Below, in pieces: positions 10,643 to 25,600 of a DNA stretch of 64,000 bases. The position numbers were made by a program, and so were the translations under genes. Origin of the DNA: Phallusia mammillata (taxonomy: Eukaryota); the NCBI GenBank assembly GCA_965637545.1, contig OZ281494.1:2046001-2110000 (forward strand). Direction: 5' to 3'. The notes under the pieces are model-generated. The model was not told the origin of the DNA. It worked only from the letters and a program-made list of their open reading frames with translations, and ran no database searches. How positions within the stretch are numbered: the stretch's first letter is position 1; every line of letters begins with the position of its first letter.

Positions 10643-13600
10643 TCATATCACTGTCTGTCGCTCGATGATCTCGGTGGCGTTGGAACTGACACTTGACAGC
10701 ATGGGAGCACGTGACGAGGCAGGTGTGGCACATGTCACCTTGACACTAGATGTCTCTGTCATTATGGTGGTGTGCTCGTCGCTGTCTGTCGCGATGCCAG
10801 TGCAACACGACGAGCTGCAACGGAGATCGCAGCAACTGCCCTGAGGACCGATGGCGCTCAGCACGGGCAGGAAGAAGTAATTGCTGTACAACCAGCTCGC
10901 AGCCATAACCAGCATAATGAACACGCCGAAATGGTTGTACGCGAGCACATTGGACGGAAGCAAACCCGCTCCTGCTATAAACGTCGTCAGCGCAGCCATG
11001 CTTATTGCTGCCCCCATGCGGCTTGCTGCAAACTCAACTCGCTGCTGTCGATCACCGCTAGATGGCGCCACGATATAAGCGATCGCGTAGTGAGCGGTGA
11101 AGTCGACAGCAAGACCGACTGCAATCGAAATCGTCACCGATTCTAGAACGTTCAGTTCCCAACCGAGCAGAACCAATGACGCAGCTGTGACGAAAATGAC
11201 GCACGCAACAGAGAGGTTCGCGAACAGCGCAATGGCAATGTTGCGTGACGTCACCAGTATGACGAACTGCGCTACGAGAAGGGAAAGTCCCACTGACGTA
11301 AGCGTGCCATCGTAGAGACCTTTCTGTAGAGAGTAGAATTGGAAATCTCCGATGAACCATCCACTGGCGAGACCGAACGGCGCAGACCTGAGCAGAGGTG
11401 AGAGGAATTGCTCCAAGTGAGTGTAGAAAACGTCCATTTCTTTGAAGGAGGCGCTCAAGGGTTGAGTTGTCGGCATTTCCACGATCAGACCGATCAGTTT
11501 GTCGTTGCGGTCAAACCTAAAAAAAAACGGATGAACATTTGAAGCTGCTTTGTCAATACTTTTGTATAAAACCGAACTTTCATAACTGTTACTATTATAA
11601 CAAGGCCCGGTCAACACGATAATTTACATGACCAAATAAATACTAACCTTGGACCAGGTGTGTATTTGTTCAACATCATGCCAGGTTGCAACGTAATCTC
11701 ATTCATCGCCTCCTTTAGACACTCTTCGAACACGTGAGGGCGGTAAGGGAACTTGCTAGTCTCGCAGCAGACTGGCCTCTCGCTCGAACAAGGAGCCTCC
11801 ATCCAATGTTTGAATGTTTCAATGAAGCAGTGAGTGTAGCTCTCTAGCTCCGGAACTGGTCGATAGTACGACGAATTACGAATACGTTCGCAAAATTTCA
11901 AAAGCCAACGTTGGCTTCTGGTCGAAGACATGTTAAACCGGGGCCGTAGAGTCACCGAACCCAGATTATCCGGGTCGTTGTGGTTGCCGTTGTCGGTTGC
12001 TCGAACCCCGAATACAATCCGTACTGGCATTAAGTACGTTGTGTCGTTTTCAAATGAAAACTTTTGCGCCTCTTGTGACGCGTAAACCTCGAACGGGTGC
12101 GAGGACTTGAAATACTGGAAGTAGTTCTTCGAGTTTGGCAGTTTTAAGCCGGGATTAAATACGGTTACGTAGACGCTGGCTCCCGCTGTAGCGAGGAAAA
12201 ACAAAATCCACACAAACCGGAAGCGCACAATGAGCAGGACTTGGATTTGATGGAAGAAAACCCGCGACATCTCGGAAAGCGTTTGGCAGAGTTTAGCGCA
12301 TTGTGACGTCATCCAGCATGACGTGGTCTTTGTGTCATACGGAAGTGGGCAGTAGGAGAATTTGAAGAGTTTATGGTGAAGCACTATTGACGCTGGGAGC
12401 CAAGTTAGACTCAAAAACAAGTTAGAGAGGATTGTGAGACCGGTGAACATTCCGAAACACTTTATTGCCGTTACTGCACTTGAGTAGTTTGCGAAGAAAG
12501 CCGCTGCTGTCGTGAAACCGGTCACAAACAGTGACCAGGCTATATGCTTCATCGCAGTTTTCAACACAACACCGATACGACATCTTATCGGGTAATCCCC
12601 TGTTTTGAAACGCTGACTGGGGCAGATTTTTTGTTTGTCTTCTTCGCTGTAGTGACGCCAAGCACTTGTAAAGACGAGCACGTTGTCAGCTGAAAGTCCA
12701 AGCATCACCAAAACAGCTGTGATGTTCAGGAAAGGAAAAAACGCAAAATTCAGCACAACGGAGTAGATGAAGTAGGCGATGAGCATGGCGCTTGCACCGA
12801 GTAAAAAGTTGGATATGGTGACAAAAACGGAGCCGGTGTAGAGCAGGATTATCAACTGAACCGCTCCGATCGCTATAGCGGGATACAAAGCGTCGGCGTA
12901 AAGCAGATCGCTAAACACGTCATTCTGCACTCCCAGGTCCATGCCGCTCACCTCTGTGACGTCATCACTGGTTTGTGACGTCATAGCAAAGTTGTCGTAG
13001 TAGAGCGGGGTCAGTGTGGAGCCCTTGAAGGCGGGCGCGAGGGCTATGGTGGATTGTATCGAGTGATTGAATGCGGAAAGGTAGGAGAATTCCTCGCATG
13101 CCACGTCCGAGGTTAGGATGTAGTGAAACACTGTGAAGACGGCGTTGTGCTTGGTACATTGCTTAGGAATATCCTTCGAACATTTAGACGTTGCATCAGC
13201 GGGTTTCCAACAGTTTGCAGTTAATTCTCCGCGACAATAGAATGGCGCGCAGGTTTGAAGCAAGTTTTCAGTCTTGCGAAGTGATTTGGTTGTGATGCTC
13301 TCGCATGAATCCAGACCAGCAAAGTACGCTACATAGTTGGGCAGCGAGAGAGTCGGACAACAGGTCGAGTCTGTCTTCTTGAGACACAGGTCCGGATATG
13401 TTGGGTGGGTGAGAAGACGTTTTTCGCTCCTACATATAGAGAGCATTGCTGGGACGGTCCATAATGAGGGAAGATTCGGGTCTTTGAGCTTGTACACCCA
13501 TTTCGCGTAGTAAGGATCTGTAAAGAGAATGAATCAAGGTCACTTTTTGTTATTGTTGTCTAATACATTGATTGTCCGCCATGTAAATACAACCAACGCA

Positions 13601-16600
13601 CTGTAAACAGTGTTATTTGATCGCAATATTGCAAAGATGTTGTAAATGTGCTTTTGTGGAATTTAACCCTATTATGAAGGTCAATTGATAAACGTTTTAT
13701 GCTGAACACGGAAAAAACGATCAGAGAGTACGTATATCATCTATAACCTTTTATTTGAATCCACTAAACGTACCATGCCACAAAGTGTACGAACAGGCTA
13801 AACAAACAACATAACTAGGCTAGAATAGTTGATTTGATGTCGTTTACATGAGTTACGCCATACAAGAAACCGTTGCAAGGTCTGGAAACGACTCACAGGC
13901 GTCAGTAGTCGTATTAATTGCCGTTGAATTGCTTGATTGACATGTTACTGTTGCCAAAAGTAGAGATGCTATTAATAGATGTGCCCAAATGGAATAAGGG
14001 TGGTGATTGGTGAATATTTTCGAAGTTCAACTCACTACTCAATGACGAAAATCAATGTGTTGTAACATTAATTGTCAATTTTATTGACCATTGCAAAATA
14101 TATCCTCTCATCACAATAAACTTGTTCAGATAACCAAGCTATTATGTGTGTAAATTTAAATCAGTTTAAAACACACATGTAAGGCAAGGAAAACGAAAAC
14201 TATGTGTATAGTATTCACAAAAGGGGGCAAATAAATGACAACCAAATAAACATTTAAAGTTCATTTTATCATACAATCCGCATCGCCACGCTAAAACTAA
14301 CGATTGTTTGAATTGGGTTGTGAGAATCAAACACACACGGTTTGATATCTATGCTTGATTAAAACAATTGAAACTAAGTTATAAACAATACTTTGGCAAG
14401 TGTTTAAACTGAGTTGACAACCAAAAATCTCAGGATTTGAGCTTGTGCAGGAGAAAGTGTCGCCAATTTGGTGCAACCGCTGTTGAATCAAGGTCGTCGT
14501 GGACCGATAATACGGGGACACATTACCAGCATCGCAAGCCAGACTCGTTTACCGATCGGAGCAATAGCTTCCGGTGACCTATGTAATATTCCCAAATGTA
14601 GGCAGCATGGAGCCTTCGCATTGTCATGCTGCACCAATCAGGGATGGCTACTTGATGTATTGCTTCATATACGTCTGTGTAGTGATACGTGTGGGATGGG
14701 GAATGTATTAGGCAGAACGTGGTTCCGTTTTAGAGAAGGATAATCGTTGTATGAATACCCGTTGCAAAGTAACATGCAATTGGTGAAAGTTTGGTCAAGT
14801 TTCTGTTTCATTTATAATCACAGTCGCAACTGGAAATGTTTTACTCACAAAATTTTACTCATCGCGTTTGTCACAAAAACACAAACTTAATTTGACTGGT
14901 TTTTGTTTTGCTTTATTAAGAAAAAAGCAAAATGGTTTAAACGCAAGCTTTTTGGAGACCCTTTCCATCCTCTATTATTTCGAAGCAAATGCCATGTGGA
15001 TTTTAGAATTATTATAATCATTTTGGGTCAAAAATAAAGAACAAACGAACGAAACCGAACGAACCATCCAGATCGTAAGCAAGCTGTCATTTTCAATCAT
15101 CAACAAATTAAATTGTTGCTACACGATCAATATTTGTGAAGGAAGATTGACCGGGAATAGTGTGTGGGATAATAATAATGGGCTGTTTCAAATACAGATA
15201 CGGCTTAAGTAGGGTGAATTTATTGATCTATCTTTGAATTTTCGAATGATGAAAGGAATGATTTAAGGTCCCCGCTTAATTTCGAAGCCTTTGGATTAAT
15301 AGCTGTGGATAATCTTATCTACACTGGTTTACAAAAGCATCGGTTCAATCTCGTTTTATTACTGTGCTCAGTTGTGCAACGTGAATATGAGTGCAACCAG
15401 CAACATTTTAATTTACTCTGATGCCGTTTGCAATATTTCTATACCACATAAAATAAGGACTAAACGACGTTCACTAATGCAGTGGTCGGCAACCGCCGGT
15501 GCGCGGCCCGGTACCGGTCCGCGAGATCTTCGTTACCGGGCCGTATAATTTTTCAGGTTAAGTGATAAAAAACATTTTGCCCATGTATCCCGGGCAAGAT
15601 AAACTAATTTAGGTTTTTATTGCAGAATATTTGTAGTTTTTTGAAGACCGGTCCGCGATAAAATTTTAGTTTCAACACGGTCCGCAGTGCAAAAAAGGTT
15701 GTCGCCCCTGCACTAACTGACAAAGGACATTCTGTGTAAATTAATAACACCTGACGACACCAAAACCATTACTAATCATTTCTTCAAAAGCCATCCTACT
15801 TGCTCAAAAACAATATGTTCAATCTTACCCGGGTTTTCACAGAAATATCCGTTGCTTTGGAAATCCCACGTGTAAGCATCACTGGACCGACGAGCTCGTC
15901 TTCGCTTCTTCTTTCGTCTTTTCCCTTTGCGATTTCGCTTCGGCTTCGAGCGTTTGCGATTGGTGCGCTGCATAGAAATGCAGAACATGATTGGTTGATG
16001 GAAATTCAAAGCAACCAATCAGGGGGCACCAAACATATTGATAGTTTTTAAAAAACTACAAAATTTACTTGCGATTGATAAACTGGCAAATATCCAACTT
16101 TATACAGATTGTACATTTCTATTTGTAATAATGTAATCTAATAAAGGCAATACATCTTTGAAGTAACCAATAAAATTGTCGGAAACGGTCCAGATAAAAC
16201 ATTTTTTGTGCATGTATATTTGTAATAAAGGTAGGCCTACACTTGTAATAATGTGTTCTAAAAATGGAACAAATATTTGAAATAACCAATCAAACTACCA
16301 AAAAAGTTAACGATAAAACATTGGTACTTATGTGCATGACCTGAAACGAAACTGAGGTATCTGATAACCATGCTATCAATTACAAAATCGCACTGTCATT
16401 AAACTTCAATCACTCCCATCTACCAAATCAACCACCAAACCAGCTCTATAATGAGTTGTAATGACACAAGACAGCGAACCACGGGTAGCAATTAAGAAAT
16501 ACGCTGAAACGTAATAGGCTAGGGTGAAAAATAATCATTCAAAATCAGTTGGGAAGCGACACAATCGTTCACCAGAACAGGATGAACTAACACAGCTGAT

Positions 16601-19600
16601 TGGCTGTAATTTAAACACGTGGCGTGATCTGATTGGTGGAGCGATTGTGGTTGGTTAGTGAAATTACTCTTGGCTTTTTATTACACGCGTTTGAATTTCA
16701 CACAAAAATTAAAATAAAACAAAAGCACCAATCACATTAGAGCCAGTAAATATACGTATATCATCACAAAGAAAAGTTGTTATAAGCTCGGACGATTTGT
16801 TTTACCAAACACGCCAGTTGGAATTTCCCACAAAAAGTGACAAATCGTTAATTTTATGGCAGTCTAGTTTCTCATTCACCGTCTGTTGCGACATAAAACC
16901 TGTTGGTTTAGCAAAATTTACGGCCAATAAAAAGACCATGCTGTGATCATTATTCCTCTGCTCGCATGACAACAAAGGATGTCTCGACAAAATTAGCAAA
17001 AACATTAAGTTATAACATAACCCTATGTGAAGTGCCATAAAAACAAGTATTTTTTTTCAAAAACATGACTATCAGACAACCTACATACCGGTGAGTACTT
17101 TTTGATGGGGAGATGTATTATATTGTAGAGATAGCAACAATAGCACATGTTGAAATGTTTACAATGTATTCAGCATGTACCAGTTTATTGTAATTGTTTT
17201 TAATCAAGCCACTCTGACCGTGTCTAGTGTTTATATTTTGATGTTTCAAGTCTTCGAAATAGTAATATTACATTATTTCACAAGCGAGAAACAAAACTAC
17301 ACGGGTTGAACGAGAGGTTATTCGGACAATCAAGTGTATTTTAAGTCTCAGTGGGTCAGGAACAGAAAGTTATCAGACCACAGAAAGTTGTTTCACAAAC
17401 ATCGGTCACCGGAGAATTCAACCGCGAGGAAATTTGATTTACAATTTGTCGGTGAGTCACACACTCAATTCTTGGGTGCTTGACACTTGTAACGACCTTT
17501 CCGGGAGCGTTAAGATGACTTTCTCCCAACTTACGACGCGAGTTTTTTACAAGTAGGAACCCGAAGTGTTTTTGTACAAAGTAACAAATACTTGACCAAC
17601 ACATGAGAAAGAGAGGTGTGAGATTGACTTTATTCTTGACGTGTTTACAATTGTTGACACACTTTGCCTTTTGCACGTAATTATTTTTGTGAACATTGAT
17701 TCTGTTTAAATAAGGATTGTACATCAAATTTGAAACTCTTATCTCTTATACCATTGCCAAAGGAAACATACAAGTTGCATTACGAACCTTTTTTTACTGG
17801 AATCATCGCCTAGAACACGTTTTTTTGTATGATAACATACTTTTTGAGCGCTGTGATAAATATTTAAAACTGAAATGAAAACATGTTGTTCTGGGCAATG
17901 TTGGACTTATTTAAAACGTGACACCTTCAATAATTCTGCATTGAATTATTAAATCATAAACATTCGTAACACATTTCTTTGCAAACTACACCGAGATTCT
18001 TAAAGTAAAATGGACACAGTGTTCGTTGTGAAGTCGCTTTGAAAACCCACACAACAAGAGACTCGGGGCAGTTTTGTTGAAATTTGATACGAGCGGAGCA
18101 TCGCCATGGCAGGGAAGAATCTATAAATCTCAGGGATTAACTGAGGTGCTGAAAGAACACGTAGGATGAAAGAATGTTGGGTCAGCGGATTAGAAAAGAT
18201 CCAGGCGGTTATCTTACCCTACGACAACACACGTTAATGCGAATTATAAGGCAAAGGTCGCGAAAATTAGATTTGCCTTTTTGTACGTGAATAAAATGTT
18301 ACTGATCAGCTAATTAGGTTTGATGGACAGGTGAGTTTCATGTTCTAAAGTTTTTGATAGGCTTTTCTGTTTTGTGGGCACAAATGCAACCTTTTGTAAC
18401 TATGTTTTGCTTATCCCGCTGTGCTTAGTGCTTGATTTTGTGTGACGGTGAAAAAACATTTTAAAATTGTCACACTAAGATGGATCCACTGAAACATTGG
18501 TAACACAACACGCAGTTCTTTCTTGTACTTTAATAAAGAACTCCATTTTTGAAATAGTGGCAACAGAAGAAAATTGCGGCACGACTTCCCAAAATCACAA
18601 CGGTAAACAGTGGTCAAGTTATCTGTCGGTTTTGTGGCCTGAATGGCGCCTCGATTTGAAACTGTATCCGATCTCCGGCTACTTTGTAAGGTACTAATGG
18701 GCATCAACAAATACTACAACTATTAATCCAAAGTTTGTTGACCCAAAACTCGCTGTAAGCCGATTAGCAAATCTGCCAAGCGACTGGGTCGTGTTGGACT
18801 GGCGCTACACAAGAATGTGATCGTGTTGAGTCAGTAAACTAGAGGGGAACATGTTTCTGATCCGAGCAACGATTATTCCTCGCCGTTAAAGGTTAAACTG
18901 TTTTCTGCAAATATCTAAATCGCTGTCGGCATTTTGCTCAACCCGCAGCGTCAGTGTAACTTATACATTTTTTCAGAAAATGGAGGAAGACACGGTTGTT
19001 CATTTTATCTGTCAATCAAAGCACATCATGTGTAACGTGTATGCTTGAGACCTCAAGTTTGGTATGAAACATTAAGCCCTGTTGTTAGTTCAAATACTTC
19101 AAATATTTTAAACGTGCATGCACAATAGAAATGAAGATTGTCAAACGAACAGCTACCGCTTTTATTTGAAGCAAAATGCTAAATTAAAAATTCCAGCCCT
19201 AACAAAAAAGACGTTTGGTTTCAAAAACGTCTTGAGGCCCTTTTCAAACTGATCTCGTAATTAAATAGGGTCAATACAAGTTAGAGTCAATTAGGCAATT
19301 ACCTTTACTTCAAACAAAGACACGCATGGGTGCATCAGCCAATCAGAAAGCTTCAGCAAGGAAGCGGCAAATGAATTGGATCAAAGCATTCTAGATCGGT
19401 GCTGCTTCCCCGAGCGTGAAGGGAAATATGTGCTCGCGGTTTCCGAAGATTTTTAATCAAGTCTTGCCCGGGAACAGTGCATGAGCATGAATCGGTTTCC
19501 GTGTTTTCACAACAAGATCCCGTTGCTGGTTATTCAAACAAAAGACGACGCTTGTCGAGTTTGTGTAGATTTGGTAAATGGTTGCACTACTACCTCGCCA

Positions 19601-22600
19601 GTTTTGAAGGTTTTATGTCCGTACCATCCTGCTGTAGGCTACCTAATTTTGAATTGGTTTGCTACAGAGTTTTTGAAATGAACAGTATCGGACCCATTCG
19701 TTGGTCATCGACGATCATCGTTTATGGGAATAAATAACTAAGAATTTAAAATATTTTCTAAGTCACGAAATCAGATGATATATTACATACATTTTTCGCA
19801 ACGTAGAATCTTCAGTTCCTTTTATGATTCGTATGCACCAAGTATTTGCTATTCAAGTTACATTTTCTCTTTATAAGTTCACACATATTTATTTCAAAAC
19901 CAGTTACTTTGGCACCTGATTCAAATAGAATCGGCTTGCGACATACAAAGTCTTACGTTCTGCGCTCAGACATTCGCGTTTTCAAACATGACTTCATTTA
20001 ACTGTTTTGAGTAATAAGTTTAGTCAGAACTTATGTACGTCTGTTTGGGAATGCAGAAGAAGTGACGCTCTTTTTTTGCACAAAATATATTTAACCACAA
20101 CGCCAAAACGTTTATGCAAACATTATAGATTTACCAGAAGAGCGTTAATGTGTTTACAAAAATAACGCCTGTTGTTGAAAACGAAAATAATATTTATTTG
20201 TATCGTTTGCAAAACAAGAATCAAGTACAAAACAATATTTGCTATGTTGCTCAATGTACAAAAAAATACAGAAATCAAGTACCAGGCAACGTTGTCCGAT
20301 GATGAACAACAGAGGGCAAAAACAAGTCTCGTAAAAGTGGAAAATAAGTTGAAAAAATTATTTCATTTTTCTTCACCACAACAATTGAACGTTTACAGTA
20401 GATGCATATGATTGCGAACAAATTAGGCAGCGTTGAGGCAGCCACGTTGCGCTTATTACACAAGATAACGACCCTGTCGTACTGCGGAGATATTTATAGT
20501 AGATGTCACCACCACGCAATCTAACAGCTTCCTGAGTCGTGTTCTTCACGATTTAATTGCATCAGTGTTTACAATCTACAGCGGGTGAACCCGTATGACC
20601 CCGATGTAAGGGGAGGCAACAACACGTAAACCGACGGTCGCTACTGAATCACTTGGGCATTCGATAACGGATCGTTTTAATATAGGTAACATGTCTTCAT
20701 GTGCTTTTGAAATACAACAACATTTTACCTTCTAATGTACTGTATTTAAGGTCTTGGCCTAAGATGTTTTACAGTTTATGTTGTGTTCGAATTGTCAGCT
20801 AACAAACAGCTTACTCAAATCTTCATCTATGTATTGCATTGCATTTATCAGTTTGTGTAGTGCTAAACGAATACTTAGCTAAAGAAAAAATTCATTTTAA
20901 TTCCCAACCGAACGTTCTAAATTTTGTTCTTCCCAAAATTAGTTTTTGGACAAACATTATCCGATTTTTCTCAGCAGTTCAAGTTAGCAGGTTGAAACAA
21001 TGCAACCCAGGTGGGACCAAATATACAACTTAGTGAGAAACATCACCAACATCATTTACTCGTATCAGTACACAAAGCACTCCAGTGATTTACAGAAAAG
21101 TCTGGAAACCACTAACGAGGCATTTTAGGCGCAGCAAATTGTGTATGTGTGTCCAGCAGGGCATATCGTCTCCGATGTCGGTATAGCTTCCCGCATCCAT
21201 ATACCGTATGCTATGCAAGCAAAAAAACATACTTGCAAGGAAACAACACACCTTTGTTGCTGTAAATGCGCAGACTTGGCAAAGAAAATGCACGGGATTA
21301 AGATACGAGTTCGGCGCATTCACATCCAAAGGAAATCTTCAATGGTGTTTAATATGCGAACAAAAGTCAACTATACTTTCATGTAAAGAAGATCTCGTGT
21401 TTTTTCACAATGCACAACTCTCGAACGAGATTCAGTTACGAATTCCTTGGAATTCAAATCAAGTAGGGATCTTCTATATCGTCTCATATGCAAACAAAAG
21501 AAACAACTTTCACACAAGGACACCATATCTCATATGTTTTGGTGTTTTACAACGCACGAACTTGAGAGAGATTTAGTTACGAATTCAGGGGCGAATTCGC
21601 ATCAAGCCGAGATCTCCAGCTTTCGCCCGAGGGTTGATTCATATTTATCGATAAGACGCCCTCATTAACATTCCCGGCGAAATGGCATGTAGGGACATTA
21701 AAGCAATGTGAGACGCGTGTAAAACTTTGCTTTTGGACAGAGTTCCACGTGTATGCCCATGAGAACGGCGAGCTTATCAAAACCTCGCAGTGGTGATTAT
21801 AGATTTCATGGAGATAGCACCACAGCAGCGCAAGGACACCGTGAAAATTGTTAAAAGCAAATTATGAGCGCCCTATACATTAGCGCAACGTCCCGAAAAA
21901 TTGGGTGAGAAGAAATTATTTATCGATTTGAATGTTTGGCTCCGAAAACTGTTTTGACAATCTGACCCAACTCGAGAAAACATGTTCAATTCATGATGGA
22001 ATGTTTTGCATTGCGCAGAAAAGACAACAGTTGGTTTGCCATTAACATGGGGCGTTTTCTTTTCTCAAAGTCAAACAAATTTGAGGATTTTTGTCATATT
22101 ATACATAGAGAAACTGTTTGAAAGAAAATATGCATTACTCTACTAAACTAAAAGTGCATTTATACAGGGAATGTTATTGCAGTTTTTTGCAACAATGACC
22201 GAAAAACTTCCTCAAAATTCGTTGTACCGTGCTACCTGCACAAAATTGACAAGTTATGTAAAGCAGGAAACAACTTGCGGGCAAATCCTCTTACATAACT
22301 GTTAAATTTACATATCACAAAACTAACCGTTTCTAGGGTTACTGTTTGCAACTCAACCTTCTCATACATTTAATCATTAGAAATTCCAGTTTCTGTTTGC
22401 CTAGTCAAACACCAAAATGAAACAAACAAACATCAAGTGGGTTGGAGATTTTTTCAGTGGTGCTTATGTGGCAAGGAAATTAATACATTCCGTGTGACCG
22501 GGCGTCGAAATTCATTGAAACGGATTGACATTATGTTGTGTTACGCCGTTGCAAATGCAAAGGGGTTTCGTTTCGGTATGTGCAAGTCACACAAGGTTGA

Positions 22601-25600
22601 AGCGTGCTGATACCCCACAAAGCATGGCCATCCCGACTTGAATTTCATTTAACGCTTCACAGTTGCTCGCTAGAATGTCAAGCAAAGGTAAAGATTTATT
22701 GAGGCCGGGACCTTATTTCAGTAACATGAGCTAAGTGTTAATAAAACAATAGTTTTGATTTGGCAGCTCACAGTACAATCCTAACAGTTTTCATTCAATA
22801 CTGTCTTGTGAACATTGTATGTACAATGTAAATGAAGTATAACAACCTCCAATTAAAATACAAAGGTCGTGGCTGTAAATGTTATTCTATGCGAACACGA
22901 CAATTGATTGTACGTCTTCGCTTTTTTCACACACAGTCAAAAGGCTAAGCTTGAACAAGGCTTTTTTTCACAGGTTTTTTACAATATCTTTTGCAAAGAA
23001 ATTTATTCAAATTAAAGAAACCCTATTGAAGCCCAAATAATATTTAGTATTTGCACCCAAAATAAAAATTGGCATTTTATCGTTACCAAGAGGAGGCTTA
23101 TTGCACAATGTATGCACAAGTGTGGCTCTTAAACACTTAAACGGACAAAACCAAAGCCTTGTGAGAGCAGAATCGTAACAGTTATTGGCGGTTTACGCAC
23201 GGGGCAAATTAACTGGTGTCAAACGGCACAACAGCTCCATACATTACACCCACTCTAAAACACTGGTATTGAACCACACGTAAAACCAGCATCTCAACCA
23301 CAGGTACGAACTTGACATGATCACTTGAAGTCTTGACAAGCCAATGCCACGTTAATCTTCGATTGTAACATACCTCTAATGACAGCTTTACTCCACGTCT
23401 TAATATAGCTACGAAGGCCAGAAGCGTCAGTGATTGTTTAAAATTTACAAGGCCAGTGGCGTTGCCGAGTGCTGAACAACTGACGTAACTTTATGCGAAA
23501 ATCGCGTGTAATTAATGCCTTGGCGTTGTGTTACGACTAAGTGCAGACGCTGAGAAATAAATGTCACCCGTCTGTAACCCCGTTCAAGCTGACATTTGCG
23601 CCGTGTCGAACAAATTACTTACTCAAAACACACCAGAACGAGAAAACGTGCGGAGAAACGATTGCCACGTTGTGCACAATTTGGAATTGATTTAAAAGCT
23701 GGCAGGTTTTACATGCAAATAAAAATGTTAAATATTTTGCAGAAATCTTAAGTCAAAGCATGTTAACCACAAACCTGAGAAATTATGTCAACACCAATTT
23801 GGAAATTATGTCCACACTAATAGTCATTTTGGTCAAAACCAAACCTTAAAATTGCAGCTTTTATGTACAACCTTTTGGGAGACATATATTTTCACACAGA
23901 TTATCACGCTATGAGAAGCCCACAACGTATTTGGAAGTAAACATGGAAACTGACATGGCAATGTGGGCTGCGGTTCCAACACTTCCGAATCCGCTTGCAT
24001 TGTTTGATGTGAATAACTTGAGTGAGTGAAACACATATCAAGTCCACATATACCAACCAGTAGAGCACGTAACAGTAACTTAGAAGTTTTTTTTTAAATC
24101 CAAACATTATTGTAGTAGCTTAAAAGCATAATAGATGGTCCAACTTCATTGATCCCTTTGAATGAAAAAAATTATTTAAACAATAAAAATGACTGTTTTC
24201 CCTTTTAGTTGACGTGTTTTGTTGAAGTATAAATAATAATTCAAACATTTATATCAGGAGCTATTTTGTTTCACTTTTAGAAGCTGTGGTGGTTAAAGTG
24301 TGTTAGACCCTTGGAAGTGACGCGTCTTGTCAAGAATGAGAAGTTTCAGTTTCCTCTAAATTATCTGACCAATTCACATATTCCGTGACATTACTCACAA
24401 AACAATCATGAATTGCTGATAGATAAAACAAAGTCTGCAGTATTTAGTTGAAAAAATGTCTTCATCGTAATCGGAGCAAACGTGGTATTGCCATGTCATG
24501 TTGCAGGTTATCCTTAGCTAAAACCAATACACCGAAAAATATGTTGTTTACCCGAATTCATTACATGCACCAACATTTCTAAGCTAAAATAGACAAAGAA
24601 GCAGTGTTAAAGCCTAGTGAAAGTTACACCGAAATTTAACCACAAAATTGCAGCCTGAAAAGAATCAATCTTTCGACGAAATCCGAAGCATCGGCCGTGC
24701 AACCAAGAAGCAATTACCCCAAACCACGAAAACAATTAACAGACATGTAATGAGTTCCGAAATTAACAAGGTCGGTAGAGAAACAACAAGTGCGTATCCC
24801 CAGGGTACAAGGGCCGCAGAACAGTCTAATGTTCACTGTGTGTCGCGAGAGATTATGAAGTTAATATTCGATTTTGGATGGTGCAACTCTTAACACATTT
24901 TCTGGGCTAGATAACGATATGGATGTACTTTTTACTTGTTGCCAAAAGCCTAACCAATCACATTGAAGTTTTTGTGTTTCAGTGTGCAAAGCGTGCCGCG
25001 AAACAAAAACAGTTCTCCAGTGTTCGGCAAACCTTAAAATGTTTGCGAACCGCGGACTTAAATGAGTCGTAGCAGCAGTTACAACACTAATTCTACCTTG
25101 GTCACTCAGGGTGGCCTGCCCTTCGCTGCTTACTGATTGACGAGTGATGCATCTGATAACGCACGAGCCGTTGGACAACCGAGTTGTAAAGCATGAAATG
25201 GACACTGGTAAACAAGGACTCTTGCGTGACCACAGGGTTTGATAATGGACGCATTGTCCAGTAAGTTCGACCCAGTCTTGATTGGGGAAATGACATTCCT
25301 TGTATTTTAGGATGTACAACAAAGATCGGTAGATAGCAATTAAGTTTACTTTGTGGGGCACAATGTCATTTTAAGCAAGAAATTAGAAATGTTGATTTTG
25401 GTACATTTCAATGTTTAATATTGCCTTCTTCGGGAAAATAAAACCAACATTTATGAAGTAACTTCCATCTCCCAGATGCTTAGTTACATGTTAAAGCAGT
25501 TACGTGGTAATAAAAACATGTATTTTCTACTCCTTTCATATGACATCAAAAACCTGAGCAGTTCCACGTTCTACAACAAGCAGGTTGTAATAAATTCGTC

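Noticed and set aside
10772-11360. Plus-strand and alternative-frame ORFs over the Dispatched last exon (also 95-574 in the copy)
   Set aside because: Shadow ORFs of GC-rich coding sequence.
11517-11647. Frameshift or split gene between the two overlapping Dispatched ORFs
   Set aside because: A 131-nt GTTAGT...TTTTTTTTTAG intron restores GPR|FD in frame.
17000-25300. Nested plus-strand gene suggested by several GTGAGT/GTAAGT donors in the big Dispatched intron
   Set aside because: No consistent open frame joins them, and hexamers like these are expected by chance in AT-rich DNA of this length.
24861-25361. 166-aa minus-strand ORF
   Set aside because: No recognisable motif or splice context; treated as a chance ORF.
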